From Octopus vulgaris (Eukaryota): DNA of 64,000 bases. Below are positions 58,011 through 64,000 of the stretch, in pieces. Each line of letters starts with the position of its first letter. The stretch's first letter is position 1. The position numbers and the translations under genes were made by a program. The notes beneath the pieces were generated by a model. It searched no databases and had not been told where the DNA came from. It saw only the letters and a list, made by a program, of their open reading frames with translations. The stretch is from positions 50,468,001 to 50,532,000 of the forward strand of contig OX597835.1 in assembly GCA_951406725.2 (NCBI GenBank). The letters are read 5' to 3'.

Positions 58011-59945
58011 TAGAAAAAACCACCTTTTATCAATTCAAAATGAACAATTAAATTACACCATCTTGAAAATTACATATAATAGAAATATTCAAAATAAAAT
58101 AACAATAATATACTGATGATTAAGTAATGTGCAAAATAATAAATAAAATGTATATATTTGGTAGAATACCAACATGTATTTTGTGGCTATATTTAAGAAA
58201 GGATTATAGAAAAAAAATTAGTAGTAGTAGTATAATCACTTCGATATAAATATAGCAACTCATCAGGTAAAAAAATAAACTACAATAATAAAATAATTAA
58301 TAAATATACATAAAAAATCTTTTAAAAAATAAATATATTCTTTAAATATATATATATATATTAGAAGGTTTGGAGGTAATGTACAGATATTATATATTAG
58401 AAAAAAATAAGGTATTCAGAGATCTGGATGTTTGTGCATATACAAATATTTATTAACATGTCATATGTTTTTACAAATCACATAGTTTCATCTACTCTGA
58501 TAGATTCTTCAGATTTAAATTGTGTGAAGGGATTTGTCTCTTTTTATAATATTAGTGAATGGATTGGGGTGGAGAGAGAGGGGGGAAAGAAGAGTAATGT
58601 GGAGTTTAAAGGGTAGGAAAAGAGGGAGAGGAATGGAGAGATAGTGGAGGGAAGAAGTTTGTGTATGTGCCTGTGTATCTGAAAGGAAGTGTTTTGAACA
58701 GGAGATAAAGAAAAAGAATATTTTTAAGTAGGTGGCTGGAACAGATGCTTACTGTGGTTTAGCCAGCTCACCAGGGGGTCTGAAAGAAAAATGTTTTCAA
58801 AGCCAGAAAATGTGTTTTTTCTTAATGTCAATGGAAAATAGAAAGAGAGAAATTGGTCAGTTCTTTCAATAGAAGATGACAAGCGGATTCTGTAAAAATG
58901 GCAAGACCAGGTGGTTACTCTAAGGGAGGTCTATTTTGGTGAGGAATAATGAAAGTTATTTTCCAAAAAATTGTCTGGACTTATCATCATCATCATCATC
59001 ATTGTCCAGTGTTTGATTCCCATTCCTGTATGGGTTGGAAAATCTGGATGCAAGAATGTCTCTATTTATGTATACACACACACACACACACACACACACA
59101 TATGCATATATCTTAGGGTTCCAGATGGGTTTATAAGGAAGTTGATGTGATTTTCATATCTTCAGCCATTCAGTTTGGGGGAGAAATTTGCTATGAAATG
59201 TTGTTCCATATTTTTTCTGAAGAAGGTGTCATTCCATGGGCATTTATAGAAGGGAAAGATCTTGAATCTTCCTTGTCCACATGTTTCTAAGTGTTTACTT
59301 AGTGGAATTTTTGTAGCTCTCCCTGTTGGATATGTTGTCAGTGAATTCTGGCTCGTTGGCATAAAGAATTGCCAGTTTCACCTATATAGTTCTCCTTGCA
59401 TGTGGGACATGTTATGCAATGTATTAAGTTTTGTGTCTTGCAATTCATATTTGTCCACTCTTAAATTTTATTTGTTTGTTTCCTTCTATATATTTGGAGA
59501 TGGGGCTACTGCAGATCCCACATCTACTATATCCACATTCTTTCACAAAGAATTCGGTTTCATACTCTGATGAGAAGTTTGCTCTTATCAGTTGTTTTTT
59601 CAGGTTTTTCTCTTAGAGTTTACTGCTTCTTTTGCAGTATTTGTTTAATAAAATTTCTCATTTTGGGGCTTTACATGACTATTGGTAAGTTTGATTGTAT
59701 AATTTGAAACATGTTGGTAACTCCAGGGTTGTGTGTGTTTATGAATGGGACAATGTTTTCTTTGTTTTTCTTTTTTTGAGTTCTGAGTTGTGCAATGTCC
59801 AGTTTCATTGCTCTTGAAATTCCGTTTTTTATTAATTTGAGTGGGTATTTCTGTACTAGTAGGAAGTTTTTAAGTTCATTTAGTCTTTCACTTGCTCTAG
59901 GACATTGGGTGTGTCTTGGCAAGTGATTGTAGCAAACAGGCAGAC
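57920..59945 (-). mobile_element. Decayed Penelope-like retroelement (RT C-terminus, GIY-YIG endonuclease, 3' region)
   Basis: RLNELKNFLLVQKYP...IVPFINTHNP; NLIHCITCPTCKENYIGETG; RKNMEQHFIANFSPKLN. Contains stops and frameshifts; degenerate hammerhead at 58167-58269. Confidence 0.85.
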
Positions 59946-61144
59946 TAAAAGTAAATAACAATAATAATGATAATAACAACATCCCTTTTTGGTATAGGCA
60001 CAAGGCCTGAAATTTGGAGGGAGGGGCCTAGTTGATTTCATACACCCTAGTATTTGACTGGTATTCTATCAACCCCAAAAGGATTGGAGGCAAAGTTGAC
60101 TTTCGTAGAACTTGAACTCAGAATGTAAAGCTGCTAAGCATTTTGTCTAGTAAGCTAACAATTCTGCCAGCTGACAGCAATAATAGTAAAAATGGTTTCA
60201 GATTTTGGTACAAGGCCAGCAACTATTGCGGTGGGGGTGGTGCTAGTCAATTAAGAATGTTTCTGTTTAAGTACAGGGCCAGCAATTTTGATGGGTGTGG
60301 AGTTAGTTGATATCATTAACCCCAGTAATAGAGTGGTACTTTATTTTATCAACCTGCAGAAGGATGAAAGTCAAAGTTGACCGTGGCAGCATTTGAACTC
60401 AGAATGTAAAAGAGCTGGAAGAAATATTACAAAGTATTTTGTCCTGTGCTTTAATGTTTTGTTAATTAATACCAATTAATACCAATGTTGGTACTAATTT
60501 GATTTAGGATCAAATGAAAAAACTTTAGTCACTGTGTCTGATAAGCTAGCCCTGACTTTAAAGACAGTTTTAAATTGCTAGTGTGTTTGAGTGTTTTATT
60601 TTGCTACTATAATGTACTATAGAACATGTTGGTAGAATTTTTACCTAACACTGTTCTAACTAATGTAAACAGCTTCTCTCTCTCTCTCATGTGTGTGGTG
60701 TGTGTGTGTCTGTGTTAACTGTTAAAATATTGATATAAATGATATTAAACATTTTAGCAGTTAATTTATTTAAAGTTCTTTTTCACATTACAAATATTGA
60801 ACCAAGATAGGACACCTTGCTATATTGGACATTAGTCAAATAACCTATTCTGCTAGTGCTAAGGGGTTAATAAATTATCTTTTGGATATAGAATAGTAGA
60901 GTTAAAACACCAGTTAATCAGCAGTGTTTTTGGTGGCTTGTGGTTTTGAAACCAGCCTCTTTAAGTTTTGAAAGTTACTCTTCCCTTTAATCATGAGTAT
61001 TAATCACTCATTGGTAGATGCCCTAAATAAAGGAGAAGTCAAGAAATTGAACTTATTTAAATTTTCTTTTTATTTTTTTTACAAGTCTTATTTTTCAAAA
61101 TTATTGAAAAATGCAACCTAATTTTTTATTATTAAAATTTTCAG

Positions 61145-61206
61145 CGAAATTTAACAGAATATTACAATGCAATGGATACCAGGAATATGGTTAAGATATT
61201 TGCAAG
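61145..61206 (+). CDS. DENND1: DENND1-like Rab GEF exon (cDENN)
   Basis: ttcAG / GTaata, phase 0-2; RNLTEYYNAMDTRNMVKIFAS. Confidence 0.95.
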
Positions 61207-62559
61207 GTAATATCTTTATTTTCAGTTGTTTTTTTTATCTGATTTTAAATTTATACCAGCTGTAGAAACATTGCCAGATAAGACCGGAGCCTGGTGCAGC
61301 CTTCTGGCTTCCCAAATCCCCGGTGGAACCGTCCAACCCATGCTAGCATGGAGAATGGACGTTAAATGATGATGATGATGTTGATGATGATGTGTATGGT
61401 CAAATGGACAGTGTTACTGGATAACGAAGCTGAATGATCACCATCATGATTATCATCACCAGCACTATCGTCATCATCAACATTGTCACCCTAATCGTCA
61501 TTTTACACTTGTTTTCCACTGTTATATGTTGGGTAGTTCAACTGGATACAACTGGTTGGAGGACCATGCCTTGCTCCAATGTCTTAGATTTGGCAGAGTT
61601 TCTACATTTTACCATGTATATCTTTCTTAGCACTGAGCAATTTACAGAGTGTATTGGATGCATTTTTTCATGGCATCAACACTAAATGGGTTGCTTTGCC
61701 ATCAATAAGATAAAAGAGCTCACTCAAACCCTGCATTGTCATTGCTTGGTTCAATTTATCAATCACTTACAGAGTGTACTGGATGCTTTTTTTTTTCTTC
61801 TTGCACCAGCATTGATGGGGTTGCCTTGTTGCTCACAAAGCAAGATGAGTCCCTATGATGGATGAAACAGATTTATTGTTGTGAGAGGATGGTATTGGAA
61901 AGAATGGTAGAGAGAGCAGTGTTGGGGTAGCGAAAGTAATGGAGGAAACAGGTGAGGAGAAGGGGAAAAGTAATGTCAGGAATTAATGTGACTGTTTGTA
62001 CAGTCTGTGGTCTACACTTCACCTTCCAAGAACCCAGTAGATTAAAAATTGACACAGCTGAGTGGAAGCATCTCTGCATGCTAAGTGAATGCTTTATTAG
62101 CTTACCTCCTCTTGTTTGTCTGCAGAAGCCACTCAGATTCAGGTGAGAGTTTGGTAATTCTTTTTGAAACTTGTTACCATTGGGTACAGATTCTAATTAT
62201 GTTTATAGGCTTTGTGTCTGCGTTAGTTGGTGTACAGCAGTCCTTTTTGTGAAATCTTGCTATATTTGACTTGGTAAATTAATAAGTCTTACTATGGGTG
62301 GGTGAGACAGGGCCACTAACCTTTCTTGCCACACAATAACTCTGAATAGATTGTGATGACCGATCAAACTAATAGAAAAATGAGTGTAAAACTGATGGTG
62401 ATGATATGTCTATCACTGTAAACTGACCGTTGCTGTTTAGCCCTGAGTCAGATCTAATTGAACAAATGTAGAATCAATAGCATTGCTGTTGTGATTGTCC
62501 CACTTTTGTCTTCTTTTCTCCCAGTCTAATATTACATCATCCAATGTACTGTTTATATA

Positions 62560-62622
<63 letters not shown>

Positions 62623-63305
62623 CTGGAGTTTGGTGCAGCCTTCCAGCATGCCAGCCCAATTAAATCATCCAACCCATGCCAGCATGGACAACAGACATTA
62701 AATGATGATGATAGTCTTGTGGTTTTGATTTATGTGCTACTTGGTGACATGAAGAAGCAACCAGTACACTCTGTAAAGTGGTTGGCATTAGGAAGGGCAT
62801 ACAAGTGTAGAAATCTTGCCAAAACAGACATTGGGACTCAACGTAGGCTTCTGATTTGTCAGGTCCTGTCAAACTGTCCAACCCGTACCAGCATAGAACA
62901 TGAATATTAAAAGGTGATGATAATTATATAAAAACAGGAGACATGGCTGTTTGGTAAAGTTCATTTTGCAAATACTGGATTCTGTGTGGATCCCAATGCA
63001 CAGTATATTGGGCAAATATTTTCAAGCCTTGCCCTGGGCTGATCAGTGCCTTTGCAAGTGAATTTGGTAGATGAAAACTGAGAGAAGTCTATGATGTGTG
63101 TGTGTGTGTATTTACATTTTCCTAAGTGTTGAGCTGCCGATAATTTATGTCTTCCAATATGTGTTAACATATTGGAAGAAACATACAAGCGATGCCCCAC
63201 TTGAAAAACAGTTAATGGTTTGTGACAAGAAACTGGTTGTAAAACAATGAAAAAAAAACATGTAAAATGAATGAATGATACCTGTGTGTATACAATCTTT
63301 TTTAA

Positions 63306-63515
63306 CCTTTTAACATTCAGGTTATTTTGTCAAATGTAATGTTTATTTATTCCTATTGCTGTGAATTAATCTTGCATTATCTCATAGCTTTGAGATTTCA
63401 ATGAGATGATAGTTCACTTTCAGAATGACATTGTAGGGTAGGTATGAGAGTGTGGATCTGGCTAGTTTGGACATAAAGCAGGTAGAATATTTTGGTCAAT
63501 TTAAATGCTGAAGGG
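63306..63515. mobile_element. Old piggyBac-like MITE
   Basis: TTAA|ccttttaacatt ... aatgctgaaggg|tgaa. Confidence 0.45.
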
Positions 63516-63637
63516 TGAAGATACTAAGGTGTGATTTAATTGAAATTTGGCTGATATTCCTTATAGGTTAAATGAGTAACTTTGTAGAGGCACCTATTGT
63601 TGACTCAGGCTTTCATTGCTGTTACTCTTCTTTGCAG

Positions 63638-63736
63638 TTTGCTTCATGAACGTCGAATCCTGTTTATTTCCAAGAAGTTGAGTCGTGTCACTGCCTGCAT
63701 TCATGCAGCTGCTGCTTTAATTTATCCAATGAACTG
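63638..63736 (+). CDS. DENND1: DENND1-like Rab GEF exon (cDENN)
   Basis: tgcAG / GTaatg, phase 2-2; LLHERRILFISKKLSRVTACIHAAAALIYPMNW. Confidence 0.97.
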
Positions 63737-63821
63737 GTAATGGTTATTTTAAGTTCAAATTATTGACCAAATAACATTTCATATACTACTGAAACTTAAA
63801 CAATATTTTTTTAAATTCCAG

Positions 63822-63872
63822 GCAACACTTGTTCATTCCTATTCTTCCAAACAGCTACACAGATCTCCTCAG
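63822..63872 (+). CDS. DENND1: DENND1-like Rab GEF exon (cDENN); gene continues beyond the window
   Basis: tccAG / GTaagt, phase 2-2, after an 85-bp intron; QHLFIPILPNSYTDLLS. Confidence 0.95.
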
Positions 63873-64000
63873 GTAAGTAGTACCACATCAATTATATAAA
63901 CACATTTAAAGGAGTGGGCCGTGTAGTATCTCATCAACTTATATATAAAATAATTATAGAGAACCTGGTCATCTCTTCAATTTTTTAAATGCTGCTACCT

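Overview
AT-rich, repeat-dense animal genomic DNA. The SINE, LINE and (TA)n content suggests an octopus-like cephalopod, but that is inference and not a database result. Left of a 100-N scaffold gap (28729-28828) are nine phase-consistent + strand exons (about 362 codons) of a VPS13A/C-like lipid-transfer gene. Right of it are seven phase-consistent + strand exons (about 194 codons) of a DENND1-like Rab GEF. Neither gene is complete in the window. The ~20 kb right of the gap (28829-48870) is one giant imperfect palindrome with an error-ridden left arm, most likely a long-read fold-back artefact. The introns hold non-autonomous Helitrons, Tc1/mariner, hAT and piggyBac remnants, CR1/L2-type and RTE LINE pieces (one with an unbroken 739-aa RT frame), a Penelope-like fragment and three SINE families. 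The most interesting signal is a set of Penelope-type minimal hammerhead ribozyme folds. They include a family with a compensatory G3-C8 core, one sitting at the tip of a long hairpin, and a remnant in a palindromic tRNA-SINE dimer. Most ORFs in the supplied track are microsatellite artefacts.
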